Positions 24,334 to 37,499 of a stretch of 64,000 bases of DNA are shown piece by piece. The notes beneath the pieces were generated by a model. It had not been told where the DNA came from and did no database searches. It saw only the letters and a program-made list of their open reading frames with translations. Each line of letters begins with the position of its first letter. The first letter of the stretch is position 1. A program made the translations under genes and the position numbers. Origin of the DNA: Octopus bimaculoides (lineage: Eukaryota); assembly GCF_001194135.2 (NCBI RefSeq), contig NC_068986.1, positions 27,578,357 to 27,642,356 on the forward strand. The letters run 5' to 3'.

Positions 24334-26269
24334 CGTATTGTGTTGTATTTATGACCTTGTGTGTATGTGCACGTGCACGTGTATACACACAAACATATAT
24401 TGTGCATATAGAGACATATACATATGTATATGTGTGTATGTACTGGTCTATATGTGTCTATACATATATTTATGTATATACATTTTTTCTGCTATATATT
24501 TATGTATTGTCTTCATTGAAAAAAACTCAAAAAAAAACTCAAAAAAAAACTCAAAAAAAACACTCAAACAGCAGCTAAATTTATACGTGAATGCATGTTT
24601 ATGCATATGTGTTGGAATCGGGGGTTGAGGTTGGGCTGTGGATAAACTGCCAAATTGTTTCTCAAGCTTTACAAGTTGTATAGATTAGCGATGTGTTAGT
24701 TTTGGTGTTGGCATGTTGTTTATTCCTCTGTCCTGTGCAGTTCCATTATTTTCCCTCGAGAATACTGCTTTCTGTGTATTACAACAGCAACAACAACTTT
24801 TAAATTTCTATATAATAATAATAATAGTCTATTTTATTTTATGCCCAACATTAACGTGGTAGGACAAAGAAATGCACAATATATTGGCGCATCTCTAATC
24901 TATATACTGTTAATGTTAGTTAGGCGTCAATAAAATAGAATATTATTAAATATATTGTAAAAGATGTTGTAGTATATGGAGACCAGTGTCGTAAACAAAG
25001 AATGTCAAAGTTTTCTTGAACAAGCTCTCTCTCTCCCCTTCTCTCTCTCTCTCCTTCTCTCTCTCTCCTTCTCTCTATCTCTCCTCTCTCTCTCCCCTTC
25101 TCTCTCTCTCCCTCCCCTTCTCTCTCTCTCTCTCCCCTTCTCTCTCTCTCTCTCTCTCTCTCTCCTTCTCTCTCTCTCCTGTCTCTTTCTCTTTACAATG
25201 ACACTAGTTTTTTGTTTGAATTCTCTGGGAGACATTTAAGGAAGAATGGATGAATGTTGTGACATGCATGCCTTTCCCCATGTGCAAAGCTAGTTATTCA
25301 AAGTGAAATGAAAATATGTGATAGAGAAAAACAGCCACTAATAGTTTTAATTTCAGTCATGTCACAAACTCTGCTTGCCTGCAGTTCTGTGGCATTCATC
25401 ATTGTCATCACCATTATTACCAGTAGCAGCAGCAGCACTACCACCACCACCACCACCTGCAGCAACACCACCGCTGCCACCATTGTAATCAGCATCAGCT
25501 TTGTTTTTTAACAAAGGTATTCTATACACACGCGTATACATACATCCATAAGTGTGTGTGTATACAAAAGAGAGCTATAGAGAGAAAAAGGGAGAGAGAT
25601 GTGCATGGTGTGTGATTATATATACAGCGTAGACACACACACACATATACCAACATATAAGTACATATACATACACCCATAGTCATGTAAACACTTACGT
25701 ACAAACTTACGTACATCCACGAACATTTAAATATGGTGAGTAGATTCTTCAGTCAATAGCTGCTGCGTTGGTACTATTTCAAGGCTTTAACTATTGATGT
25801 GCTCTTAATGCAATACAGTTGCCCAGCAGCATTATTTAAAATGCCACTGAGCTTAGAATGTCATGGCTCCAGTTGTTTGAGATAGCAATGGTGATCTCCG
25901 GAGAAGTGAAGCGAAAATGTCGTTCACACACTTGACTGATGTCGGATTCTTTTTTTTTGTTTTTTTTTTTTGTGTNNNNNNNNNNTTTTTTTTGTTTTTT
26001 TTTTTGTGTGTCTTTTTTTTTTAAACACCTTTTGTCTTTTTTCCATTCCAGTAGACCTCTCATGCTGAACTTACCACTTTCTCCTTCTCTCGTGTAAAAA
26101 CTAATGTTTGTCAAGCTTCTGTCAGAAACTCCTAAGCTCTAAAGTGGTTCCACTTTTGGTCAGTGTATGGAATGGTCAGTGATTGAACTTATTTGTTCTT
26201 CGTTTGGAATCCAGTGCTGCAGTATGGTGTGTACATACTTATCTGTCTGTGTGTGTATCTACGAACTGA

Positions 26270-26306
<37 letters not shown>

Positions 26307-27994
26307 GTGTGTGTAGTTCACATTTGGTAAGGCAGGCACTGCCATTCTCTAAGTAGCTTATCTGCAGAACATGATGAACAGATAATAACTGTTAAATGTA
26401 ATATATGTATGTGTGCATGTGTATTTGATTGAGTGTCCGTGTACTTTTGTGTGTGTGTTTGTGTATATTTATGTATGCACCAGTATGTAGCTGTTTGCAT
26501 GTGTCTGTGTATATATATATTTATATATGTACACACACACATACACACTGATACATATGCATGCGCAAATTTGCACACATGCCCTTTCTTTTCTCTGTCT
26601 CTTTCATTCTCTGTCTGTCTGTCTGTCCCTCTCTCTCTCTCTCTCTCTCTCTCTCACTTACCCACTCGTTCCCTCACATACAAAAGTGCTCAAGCATTCA
26701 CACATTCACGGAAGCCTATCCATCACCTAGAATTATGGCTGAAGTGCTGTCATAATGTTTTTGTCCATCTTTTACTTTACCTCTTCTTGCAAACTGACCG
26801 CCTCCAACTGCATTACCAGTGACTACACTGGACTGCATTTCCACCTCTCTCTCTCCCCATCTCTCTTTGTATACATGTGTATGAATGTATGTATGTATAT
26901 ATGTGTGTGTGTGTATTTTGTTCTGCATTATACACTAATGGCAAAATATCGGGGTCCATATTTTAAACACTGCTTAGATTTATGCAATGTTGTATTTGAC
27001 CAGATGCCCATTTGTCAATTTGCTCAAAGTTGCAATTACCCAAGGTTTTGCCCTCGCTATGGTTTCTTACATCCATTTGATTTTCAAACAAATTAATTGC
27101 AACATTTTGCTTTTCATGTCTGTTATCCTCTTAGAAAAAGAGTAATTGAGTAATTACTCTATGTGGAATGAGGGAGAGAGCTTTTGGATTGCTGACTGGA
27201 AAAAAAAAAACGATCACGCTGGCACTAGTGCCAGGAAGGCGACTTTGGTAAGAAGGCGACAGATATTAAATGAACAAACTACATTATCCAATGTGTCTTT
27301 CTAAAGCTGACATTGTTGGGTTTGAGAAAAATTTTGCTACTATTTCTAGCATATCAAACGACCATGTTCAGGTATGCCCCTGCTCTTTCATTTGCTTGTT
27401 TTCCCACTATAGATTTGATTGGCAGAGTGGACCTCTGAGTGATTTAAACCTGGCATAATGAAGTGCAAAAGTGGATGCTCTTGATTGTCTAGTAGACAGA
27501 GCATGCCTGTCTCTCTCTGCCAACCACTGTTCTTAATGAAGGTACTTGTGAGGATTCGTTTATCGCAATTTACATGCCCATAATTGTTAAGTAAAATTAA
27601 GATTGGAAAGCAATATTGAATAGCATAGCTGGATCCATCTTGTGTTTGTATATGTGTGTGTTTGTGTGTATATGTATGCTTACATGTATGTTTATGTATA
27701 TATATACATACATACATATATACATGTGTGTATGTATATGTACATGTGTATGTATATGTCTGTGTGTATATATATATGGGTATATGTATACATCCATCTT
27801 CACATAATTTTGATCTGATATCATATAATTCTCTTTGCTATTATGAATTAATTAACTGCTAAAATTTCAACATAAAACCATATCAGATGCTTGTATAAAC
27901 ATGAATTTGATACAAAAAGGGAAAACAGCACCCCTCCCTCTACACACACCTGTGTATGAGCACATGCTCACACACACACACCTGTGCATGAGCA

Positions 27995-27996
<2 letters not shown>

Positions 27997-28075
<79 letters not shown>
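27997..28075. repeat. (CT)n microsatellite
   Basis: Read directly from the sequence. Confidence 0.99.
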
Positions 28076-28089
<14 letters not shown>

Positions 28090-28597
28090 TCTGATGGGGT
28101 GGCATTCAGACAGCATTCCTGATAATGGCAGCTTCTTGTAAAGTAATCATTCTTTTGTATTTTGAAAGAAAAACAATCCAACCATATTGATTCTGACATG
28201 GCATTGATTGTTCCTTGTTTAAAAGACATCGGCAGCTATTGAAGCATCTTTAGCTTCCTTCAATTGTTGGCGATGTTTGGTGAAAGAAATTGGATTCTAA
28301 TTTACTTAGCATAGCTTATTGATTTGGAAACAGGCTAAAATTCTGGGAATGATGTTTAAAATCTGGCATTAGTTAATTATTATTATTATTATTATTTTCA
28401 ATTTTCATATTACAGTGGAAATGGTACAGTGGTAAAGAGTTGGACTATAGGATTGATGGGTGTCTCTCTTTTATATACATCATCAAACTTATACTTCCTT
28501 CTTTTGAAGTCTGTTCACTCTGGAATCAATGAAATAAATTCCAGCAATTTGGTGCTAGGAAGCCATTCAATCAACTGTATATCTTCAAAGTGTAGGT

Positions 28598-28870
28598 AAT
28601 GTGGCTCACTGGTTAGAGAGTTTCACTTCTGTTGGTAATATCATGAGATTATTTTTTTGGCCAGGGTCACACATTATGTCCTTAAGCAAGGCACTTCACT
28701 TCACATTGCTCCTGCCTGTCATGAGTACCAGCTGGGTGCTGGTACAGCCCTCTTCTCCACCATCTGTCTTACCCTGAATTTTCCATTGGGTCAAGAGTGA
28801 GAGACCTGAGAAGAGGTTTATGACTGCTCACAACTGCATTGAACGCTTAAAACAATTAGTGGAAGCATAA
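28598..28870 (+). mobile_element. Family F CORE-like SINE, old
   Basis: TGGCTCACTGGTTAG A-box-like motif and GTCCTTAAGCAAGGCACTTCAC; minus-strand copies at ~39600-39850 and 45240-45540 (GCTCAAG/TTCAAG AACAC...GGAAT(C/T)GAA). Confidence 0.65.
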
Positions 28871-29069
28871 AACTTATTATCAAACCATACTTGCTATATC
28901 TAACAGGTTATGCGACCATGTTGAGGCTCCTGCATTGACTCAGAAGAATATTTAGTGACAGGCAGATGCATTTTCATTTAGGTTCACTGTATTGTGTATC
29001 TTTAATTTTTTTTTACTCATTTCGCTCACTGAACTGAGGCCATGCTAGAGCATTGCTTTGACAGATTTA

Positions 29070-29470
29070 GTTGAATGATTTGACCCCAGTGCATGTTTTT
29101 GAAGTCTGGTACTTATTTTATCGATTTCTTTTTCCAAACTTCTAAGTTACAGCAACATAAACAAACTGGCAGCAGTTGTCAAGTGGCGGGAAGGTAAACA
29201 CAAACTCTAGGACACAGTGACAGACAGACAGACACACACACACATTCCACCACAACCACCACCATCATCATCTAATGTCTGTGTTGCATACTGGTATGGG
29301 CTGGATAGTTTGACAGGATCCAATGTGTCTAAGGACTGCACCTTGCTCCAGTGTCTTTTTTAGTATGGTTTCTAAGGCTGGATGCCCTCCCTAATGCCAA
29401 CCACTTTGCAGCATGGAATGGGTGCTTTATTCATCCCACCCACACTATTGAGGTTGCCATGCAGCACTAT
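29070..29470 (-). mobile_element. Family A tail fragment followed by a family B copy
   Basis: TTGACCCCAGT...GGTACTTATTTTATCG; CATCATCATC tail and GGATGCCCTCCCTAATGCCAACCAC. Confidence 0.75.
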
Positions 29471-30124
29471 GCAGCTTGCAGAACTACAAACCCTGGACGG
29501 ATGGGGTTAGCTTCATGCTAAGGAACAAGGGGATTGAGCTATGAAAAGTAGGTGGGGAGGTAGTGCAGGTTCTTAGTGATTAGAAGTTGATGTGGTTAGT
29601 CTTTCTAACCAATTGAGCCATCACAGAGTAGCTTCTTCATGAGCTCAAAATCCCTCTGATTTATTTTGTTGCTATTATTTGTTTGTTTTTAAATGTGGAA
29701 TTTTTTTCTTTCTATTTTTTTTTTGTCTATTCTTCCCAACCATATATTTTTAAAGTTTACTTCTCTTAATAAATGAGATGTTACATAAGTGATTTTGTTT
29801 GGTTGTCAGAAGCTAATGTGTATGTGAATTTGTAATGAGGGCAAAACAGTCATTTCCTCTTGATATTCTCTTTAAGGTGGCACTAATACTTTCCATAGTA
29901 GTAATAATAGCAATATTCTTGGTTTAGTATTTATTCATGACTTACTCTTGTAGATTTAAAAATAGCTATCAAGACTATTTTAATTCCTAAATAGTTATCA
30001 AAAGGAAATTTTTTTTTTGCGTTTTTCGTAAAAAAAAAAAATGATATAAAGACAAAGAACTTTATATCAAATTTTATAAGTGTTTTGAAACTTGTTTAAT
30101 TGTACTGTGGTAGATTTCACTAGA

Positions 30125-30405
30125 TATAAGATATGGCTGGATTTGAACTCAGGCACTATATGGTTAACTGTCCTGTCATCTAACCACATGGCTAGTTTAA
30201 CTGACTCGTTTCATGCTAAAAATGTGATATATTCTCTCATAAAATCTATGTACATGCAGATGTTTATAGGATGTAAGCTACATTTGAACTCACAACTGTG
30301 TCGTTAACTGTCCTGTCATTTAACTACATAGCTAATATGACTGACTCATTTCATGTTAAAAATATAATAAATTCCCTCATAAATTCTATCATATAATCTA
30401 TGTAT
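30125..30405. repeat. Old 140-bp tandem duplication
   Basis: TTAACTGTCCTGTCAT at 30164 and 30304; ATTTGAACTCA in both units. Confidence 0.9.
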
Positions 30406-30723
30406 AGGTATATGCATGTGTGTGTGTGTGTGTGTGTTTATACACCTATGTGCATGCACACACACACACACATGCACACATATATGCAGACATGCCGGCA
30501 TGTATATGTACATATAATAGAGAGTGGTTTGCATTAAGATGGACATCCATCCATAAAATCTTTTCACTGGTTACTACACTTCAGTACTGTTGTTGTACTG
30601 TTGACAGGGTTGACCTATTCCACCTATGTGAGCATGGAAGCATAGATGTTAAAAGGAAATAATGATGATGGTAATAATGATGGATGGCCATGGTGGCGGC
30701 AGTGGTGAGTGGTCACTATGCTA

Positions 30724-30786
<63 letters not shown>
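30724..30786. repeat. (GAT)n microsatellite
   Basis: Read directly; source of the poly-Asp ORF. Confidence 0.99.
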
Positions 30787-30921
30787 GTGCTGATGATTTA
30801 TCTTATGGCCAGGCTTTCACTGCCAGCTTTGGCAATATCCTGCATTTCAACATATTATTGAGTTTTAAAGATGTGGTATTAATAGTTTTCATTGTAGTGG
30901 TGGTGGCGATGGTGGTAGTGC

Positions 30922-30969
<48 letters not shown>

Positions 30970-31034
30970 GCGTAGTATTTATTCATGGTTAGAAATTCTT
31001 ATTGACAATGCCTCATTGGACAATNNNNNNNNNN

Positions 31035-31079
<45 letters not shown>

Positions 31080-31474
31080 CATACACACACTTTATTCTAC
31101 TTCTCACTACCCATTTCTCTCTCTCTCTCTCCCCATATCTCTCTCTCTCTCTCCCCATATCTCTCTCTCTCTCTCTCTTTTCCTCGCTCTCAATTACCTA
31201 TATTGGCTATTAGCAACAAAGACTATCATGCTACAATATATTGATGTGAGCGCCATTGATGGATAAAAAGTTTTCGCTGTAATAATGGAAGTAACTAAAT
31301 GATATGGAACTTATTTCTGGCCTAACTTTGCCGTTTCTTGACCAAATGCTCTCGGTGGGAAGCGAAGTAAACGTGTTGATGGATGATTTAAGATCTTTTT
31401 CTTTTATCTTCTTTATCTGCTGATAGGAGGAAATTACTAACCCAAGAATTCTCTGTTGCTGCTAACTGATTGAA

Positions 31475-31619
31475 TTCCTTCATATATGTGTGTGTGTGTG
31501 TGTGTGTTTATGTATACACACACACATATATACATATATGTGTGCTCTGTATATATATTATATGTATATATATATTTATATAATATGACTATGTATGTAT
31601 GTGTGTGTGTGTATATATA

Positions 31620-31651
<32 letters not shown>

Positions 31652-31704
31652 ATGGATATGTACATTTGTGTGTGTGTATATATGTATATTTATGTATACA
31701 GTTA

Positions 31705-31756
<52 letters not shown>

Positions 31757-31766
31757 NNNNNNNNNN

Positions 31767-31798
<32 letters not shown>

Positions 31799-31935
31799 CA
31801 TATATACATATATATATATTTATATGTATGCATATATATATATATGCATACATACATATATATATATATATGCATACATGTATATGGATACATACATACA
31901 TACATACATATATATATATGCATGCATATGTATGA
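31475..31935. repeat. Compound (TA)/(TG)/(CA) microsatellite
   Basis: Read directly from the sequence. Confidence 0.98.
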
Positions 31936-32778
31936 AATGGAAATTCAATTTCAACTAAGTTTCAGTTTTCGCTGCTATCATGGAAAATATGCTGCTTCTG
32001 TGTGAAAGCTGTCTTTTAATAGAGAATGTCCAATGATGTTATTAACGAGTAAACGTCTCCTTGCATTAACCCCTTTATTCCTCAGGTGATGATTGAGGAT
32101 TATGATGACGACGATGATGATGATCATTATGATGATGATGATACTGATCGTTATTGTGGTTGATTACTGTTGGTTGAGTCTTTTATTTTTGGTGCGGACC
32201 CACACTGGTACAGACCTCAAATTAGCAGCAGTAGCAATGATGAGGGTGATGGTAGTGGTGGTGATGATTGCAGTGGTGGTGGTTACAGTGGTGATGGTAA
32301 TTATGACAGTGATGGTAACAGTGATGATGATAATGGTGGTGGTGGTGGTGAGGACAATGATTATAAGCTTAACTTCCAGATTATGCGATGTGGAAGTTAT
32401 AGCGTGTAAAAATAAATAAATGTTATGGATTGGTCTTTAAGACATTTTTATTGTAATGGTTTGAATGATGCGGAAAACAACTACACTCCTCCCCACCTCG
32501 CCTCAGTAAGTAGCACCTTAAGTCAGCCCTGACCATGAAGACTAATGATAGGTATGGGTATTTAATCTCTCTCCCCTTCTCCTTTTCTTCCTCCTCCTCA
32601 AACTTAGCATTCCTTAAACCTTTAGCAATTAAACTAGCTGTGTCCAACCCGAATATATTACATCTGTTTTATGTTCAAACTGGCTTGATCCAGCCTCTCA
32701 CACTTATCCTTCAATGTATTACTAAGAAGAAACAATCATTAGCAGCAGCAGCAGCGCTAACATCTGCGTTTCATGCTG

Positions 32779-32828
<50 letters not shown>

Positions 32829-33239
32829 TATAATAATATAGATAATATATATATCCCTTTTACAAGTATATATATATATATGTATGTGTGTGTGTAGGAG
32901 TATATTTCTGTGTGTGTATGTATACACACACACAAATATACTCCTACACACACGATGTACTTCCACATGGTTTCCACCTACCAAATTCACTTCACAAGGC
33001 ATTGGCCTGACCAGGAATTTAGTAGAAAACATTTGCCCAACGCGTATTATACACTGGGACTGAACCCAAAAACCACTTGGTTACAAACTGAGCTTCTTAA
33101 ACACACAACCATGCTAGACTGTAACCCCCCCCCTCTCCTCTTTTGCTGGCTCATGGTGTTAAATGTTTGTGAGAGAGAAGTGACTGAAACATCTTGAAAA
33201 CATATTATGCTTTGGGTGGCTGCTGCTGATGGTAGGTAC

Positions 33240-33276
<37 letters not shown>

Positions 33277-34189
33277 GTAACAAGGGAGATGACTAAGTTA
33301 AGTTTCTAGCTTGTTTCAAACATTACAGCTGAGGCCATGCTAGAGTGCCATGAAATTGATTGCTGATGACTGAGTAAAGAGCTGCTGCTGCTACTGCTAC
33401 TGCTGCTGCTGCTACTGCTACTACTACAGATTCGGTGTTTGATAGTAAGAACTACTTGAAGCAAGATTGGGATTAAGCAGGAGGTAAATGAGAGAAATAG
33501 TTACTGACATGTCGCATTCATCTGATTTGTGTGTCAACAAGAAGTAATGGTTCGTAAAATATGTGTGTGTGTGTGTATGCCTGTACCAGCACGTGTGTGT
33601 GTGTGAAAGACAACTTTTTTCATAGACACAACATGTTTTCAATGAAGTGAAAAGATATGTGTGTGTTAGTTTTAGACTTTGGATAATGCTCAAGTGCTCT
33701 ATGAAACAAGACTATTTTTTATTTCTAATTGCACTACCGTTTGATATTTAACAGTGGATACTCTTGAATCTATTGTACTCTAAATGTCCTTTACCATTCT
33801 ATATGTGCCAGTCTTGAAGTGTTCATCAGCCAGTCTTGAAGTGTGCAATAATCACACCAGTGGTACTAATCTTGGGAAGTGAGGAACTCCCTAACATAAA
33901 GGAGAAAACTCCAACTCTTGACTCGTCATTCAGTTTGATTCTTTAATGGAGTCAGTACATGACTGGGGCTTTGATTCGGAGTCAAATGTGCCAAGATGCA
34001 ACTCCTGACATTGGTTCTTCCTATTGGCACATCTGGAGAGATATGGTCAAGTGAATTAACTATAGTTGTGATACCTAACTTTTTGTTTTTGCACTGTGGT
34101 CTGGTGTCATGCAAGACAATCTTTTTCACAGACTGAAGGATCATGCACTCTTATTATTTATTGTTAGTGTTTGTAGATAAAAAGTACCC

Positions 34190-34480
34190 ATTCTGGTGCC
34201 ATGTAGAAAGAACCCTTTTTGGTGCCATCTTAAAAGCACCCTTTCTGGTGCCATGTAAATAGCCCCTGTGCTGGTGCCTCGTATAAAGCGCTGATGTCAC
34301 TTAAAATGCACCTAGTACACTGTAAAGTAGTTGGTATTAGGAAGGGCAGCCAGCCATAGAAACCATGCCAAAACAGACAATTGGAACCTGGTTGGCCAAC
34401 CCTTGGAACCTGGTTGACCAATCAAACTCTCCAACCCATACCAGCATGGAAAATAGACATTAAATGTTGATGATGATGAT
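34190..34480 (+). mobile_element. Family B variant with short ~26-bp TGGTGCC units
   Basis: TGGTGCCAT(G/C)TAnAAAGnACCC-like unit about 4x, then GTTGGTATTAGGAAGGGCAGCC and (GAT)n tail. Confidence 0.85.
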
Positions 34481-34587
34481 TTGTGGGCTCACTGGTGCAC
34501 AAAAACTGATTTAAATAAGTACGGGAAAGAGGCTTGGAGGGAAGCCATAATTTTTCTAAAGAAAATATGCTGCAATAGTTAATATTG

Positions 34588-34876
34588 TTTATTTATTTAT
34601 GCACCCTTTTAAAGTCTAACCAGGCTCATAGGCCTGGTTTCCCGGTTTCTATGGTGTATGTGTTCCCCCCAGCTGGACGGGCCACCAATCCATCGCAGCA
34701 TTACTCAAGAAACAGGATGAAAGAGTGAGAGAAAGATGGCACGAAAGAGTACAATAGGGGTTGCCATCCACCCCTCCTGCCGAAGCTTTGTGGAGCTTTT
34801 AGGTGTTTTCGCTCAATAAACACTCACAATGCCTGGTCTGGGAATCGAAACCGCGATCCTCTGACCGCGAGTCCGC
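34588..34876 (-). mobile_element. Family D SINE, alternative-tail variant ((TAAA)n end)
   Basis: 5' half matches 62955-63120; 3' half differs. Confidence 0.85.
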
Positions 34877-35402
34877 NNNNNNNNNNNNNNNNNNNNNNNN
34901 NNNNNNNNNNNNNNNNNNNNNNNNNNNNNNNNNNNNNNNNNNNNNNNNNNNNNNNNNNNNNNNNNNNNNNNNNNNNNNNNNNNNNNNNNNNNNNNNNNNN
35001 NNNNNNNNNNNNNNNNNNNNNNNNNNNNNNNNNNNNNNNNNNNNNNNNNNNNNNNNNNNNNNNNNNNNNNNNNNNNNNNNNNNNNNNNNNNNNNNNNNNN
35101 NNNNNNNNNNNNNNNNNNNNNNNNNNNNNNNNNNNNNNNNNNNNNNNNNNNNNNNNNNNNNNNNNNNNNNNNNNNNNNNNNNNNNNNNNNNNNNNNNNNN
35201 NNNNNNNNNNNNNNNNNNNNNNNNNNTGTATGGATACAAGCTTCTGTTTCTATGTTGGTCTTCATTTTCTTTTCAACAGAAATGTACACCTCATCATATA
35301 TTTATTAACTGTTTTCAACAGAATCCACCACCCCCTCTCGTCAAACCACGTCTCACTAGTATACCTGCCAATATTCAGTTGCAAAGCAGTCTTTTTTATT
35401 AC

Positions 35403-35439
<37 letters not shown>

Positions 35440-35855
35440 TTCATAACTGTCAGAATATAGCTGAATAATAGACTAACAGCCAAGTTAAATCATTGTGCTG
35501 AATGAACAATTGGTAGACCAGTCAACAGACAAAGCAACAAGAAAAACAAAAGAAACAAGAAAAAAAAAAGTAAAAAAAGTAAAACTTTGATTTAAACAAA
35601 TGACAGTGGTGCAAGAAAACTCTCTGGATATATAAGATCTGTATGTGGTGCAGAAAGGAGAACATGAAGGGGTGGGGGAACCCTTTAGATAAACCAGTAA
35701 TCATCTTGTTTTAGCTCTATGTAGGGTCTTGCATCTGTCTGTCTGTCTGTCGCTCTCTCTGTCTCTGTTTCTCTCTGTTTCTGTCTGTCCGTCCGTCCGT
35801 CCGTCCGCCCGTCTGTCTGTCTCTCTCTGTCTCCCTCCTCCTCTCTCTCTCGTGC

Positions 35856-36280
35856 AGGCATGGCTGTGTGGTTTAGAAGCTCGATTTGCAACTATGCTGT
35901 TTTAGGTTCAGTCCCACTGCATAGCACCTTGGGCAAGTGTCTTCTTCCATAGATAGGCCCAAGCCAACTAATTACCTTGTGAATAAATATAGTAAATGGA
36001 AACTGTTTGGAAGCCTGTGGTGTGTATGTATGTGTGTGTACACACACAAACATGTATATGTGTATGTATGTGTATTTACATGTCTTTATGCTTGTGCTCA
36101 TCTCCCATTACTGCTTAGCTGCAAGTGATGGTTCGCTTCCCCATAACTTAGCTGTTTGGCTAAAGAGACCGACAGAATAGGCACCAGGCTTATGTACTGG
36201 AGTCAATTTGTTTGACTAAGACCCCTCAGGGTGGTGCTCCAGCATGGCTGTGATCCACTGACTGAAACAAGTTGGAGATA
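35856..36280 (+). mobile_element. Family A SINE, near full length
   Basis: Colinear with the other A copies. Confidence 0.9.
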
Positions 36281-37067
36281 CATGAAAATTACCAAACAAC
36301 AGGAGTGCAGTGTTTTTATTCCATGTTTTTTTTCTTCTTTTTTTTAAAAATCCTAAGTTACATTCATCTCTTTTACTTGAAGGGTGTGAAATGATCCATT
36401 GGATTAGTAAGAAAGAAATTAATGTTAAAGAAAGGTTTCAAGGTTTAAGAAAGAGAAGAAATAAATGAGGAAAACTGTTAACAAAAACAAAAAAAAAACT
36501 CTGTAATTAAACATAATTATGCAGTGGACCATTAATTAAGCTGTGTGACTCCTCATTGAACTTGTGCTGTTTAGGAATTGCAAGTAATACGTAGTGAAAA
36601 GGGAAATAAAATGTAAACTTTTTAGATTAACTTTTCTGTGAAACCCACTTGGGAGAACATCTGTGTGTGTGTGTGTGTGTTTATTAGCAGTTAATTAATT
36701 AAAATGAACTAGAGATATTAATGTAACGGGAGAAATTTGAGTTTAGCTGTTTAAAATAGGTTATATTTTGGGTACCACAAGCTGCAGTAAGAATTGTTGT
36801 CATCATCACTGCTGTTATCATCATCATCATCATCATGGTGGTGAAGATGAGGATGGTGGTGATGATAATGAAGATGATAACAGTGTTGATGGTGATTCCT
36901 ACTGCAGCTAGTGCCCTGCAAAATACATCATCACCATCATTGATCATCATCATCATCATCGTCGTCATCATCATTGTCGTCATCATCATCTTCATCACTG
37001 CCACTATCACCACCACCATTTGTGTATTTATACTGAGAGTTGTTAAGGCAATATTTCACTTTCCAAG

Positions 37068-37258
37068 GGGTGGTGAGCTGGCAGAATCGTTAACATGCTG
37101 GGCAAGATGCTTAATGGTTTTTCATCCACCTTTATACATTCTGAGTTGAAATTCTACTGAGCTTGAATTTGCCTTTCATCCCTTTGATGGGAGGGGGGGC
37201 AATGAAATAAGTACCAGTTGAGAATTGGGGTTGATATAATCGACTTAACCCCTACCCC
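37068..37258 (+). mobile_element. Family C SINE
   Basis: GGTGGTGAGCTGGCAGAATCGTTAAC head, TTCTGAGTTGAAATTC B-box-like motif; further copies at ~45615-45810 and 61235-61513 (expanded (ATT)n tail). Confidence 0.9.
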
Positions 37259-37259
37259 A

Positions 37260-37499
37260 GTGGAAGCGCAATGACCCAGTGGTTTGGGCAGCGGACTCGC
37301 AGTCATAGGATCGCGGTTTCGATTCCCAGACCGGGCGTTGTGAGTGTTTATTGAGCGAAAACACCTAAAGCTCCACGAGGCTCCGGCAAGGGATGGTGGC
37401 GAACCCTGCTGTACTCTTTCACCACAACTTTGTCTCACTCTTTCTTCCTGTTTCTGCTGTGTCTGTAATTCAAAGGGGTCAGCCTTGTCACACTGTGTC
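37260..37499 (+). mobile_element. Family D tRNA-derived SINE, 5' part
   Basis: A box TGACCCAGTGG, B box GGTTTCGATTCC; runs into the gap. Confidence 0.95.

Noticed and set aside
27219-27234. Perfect 16-bp palindrome CTGGCACTAGTGCCAG
   Set aside because: Near-copies at ~4907 and ~17423 resemble family B unit sequence; too short to support a separate function.
27351-27530. Exon-like segment TTTCTAG...TTCAG|GTATGC plus a short downstream intron
   Set aside because: Lies in a family E repeat remnant; the downstream segment has stops in all three frames.
30684-30992. Poly-Asp/poly-Val ORF and similar Met/Ile/Val-rich ORFs (23447-23728, 32093-32419, 36699-37149, 47315-47557)
   Set aside because: Translations of (GAT)/(GGT)/(TAG)/(CAT) simple repeats with no domain or splice support.
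37260-37340. tRNA gene-like sequence (also 45945 and 63154)
   Set aside because: A and B boxes are present but there is no complete acceptor stem, and each continues into a common SINE body.
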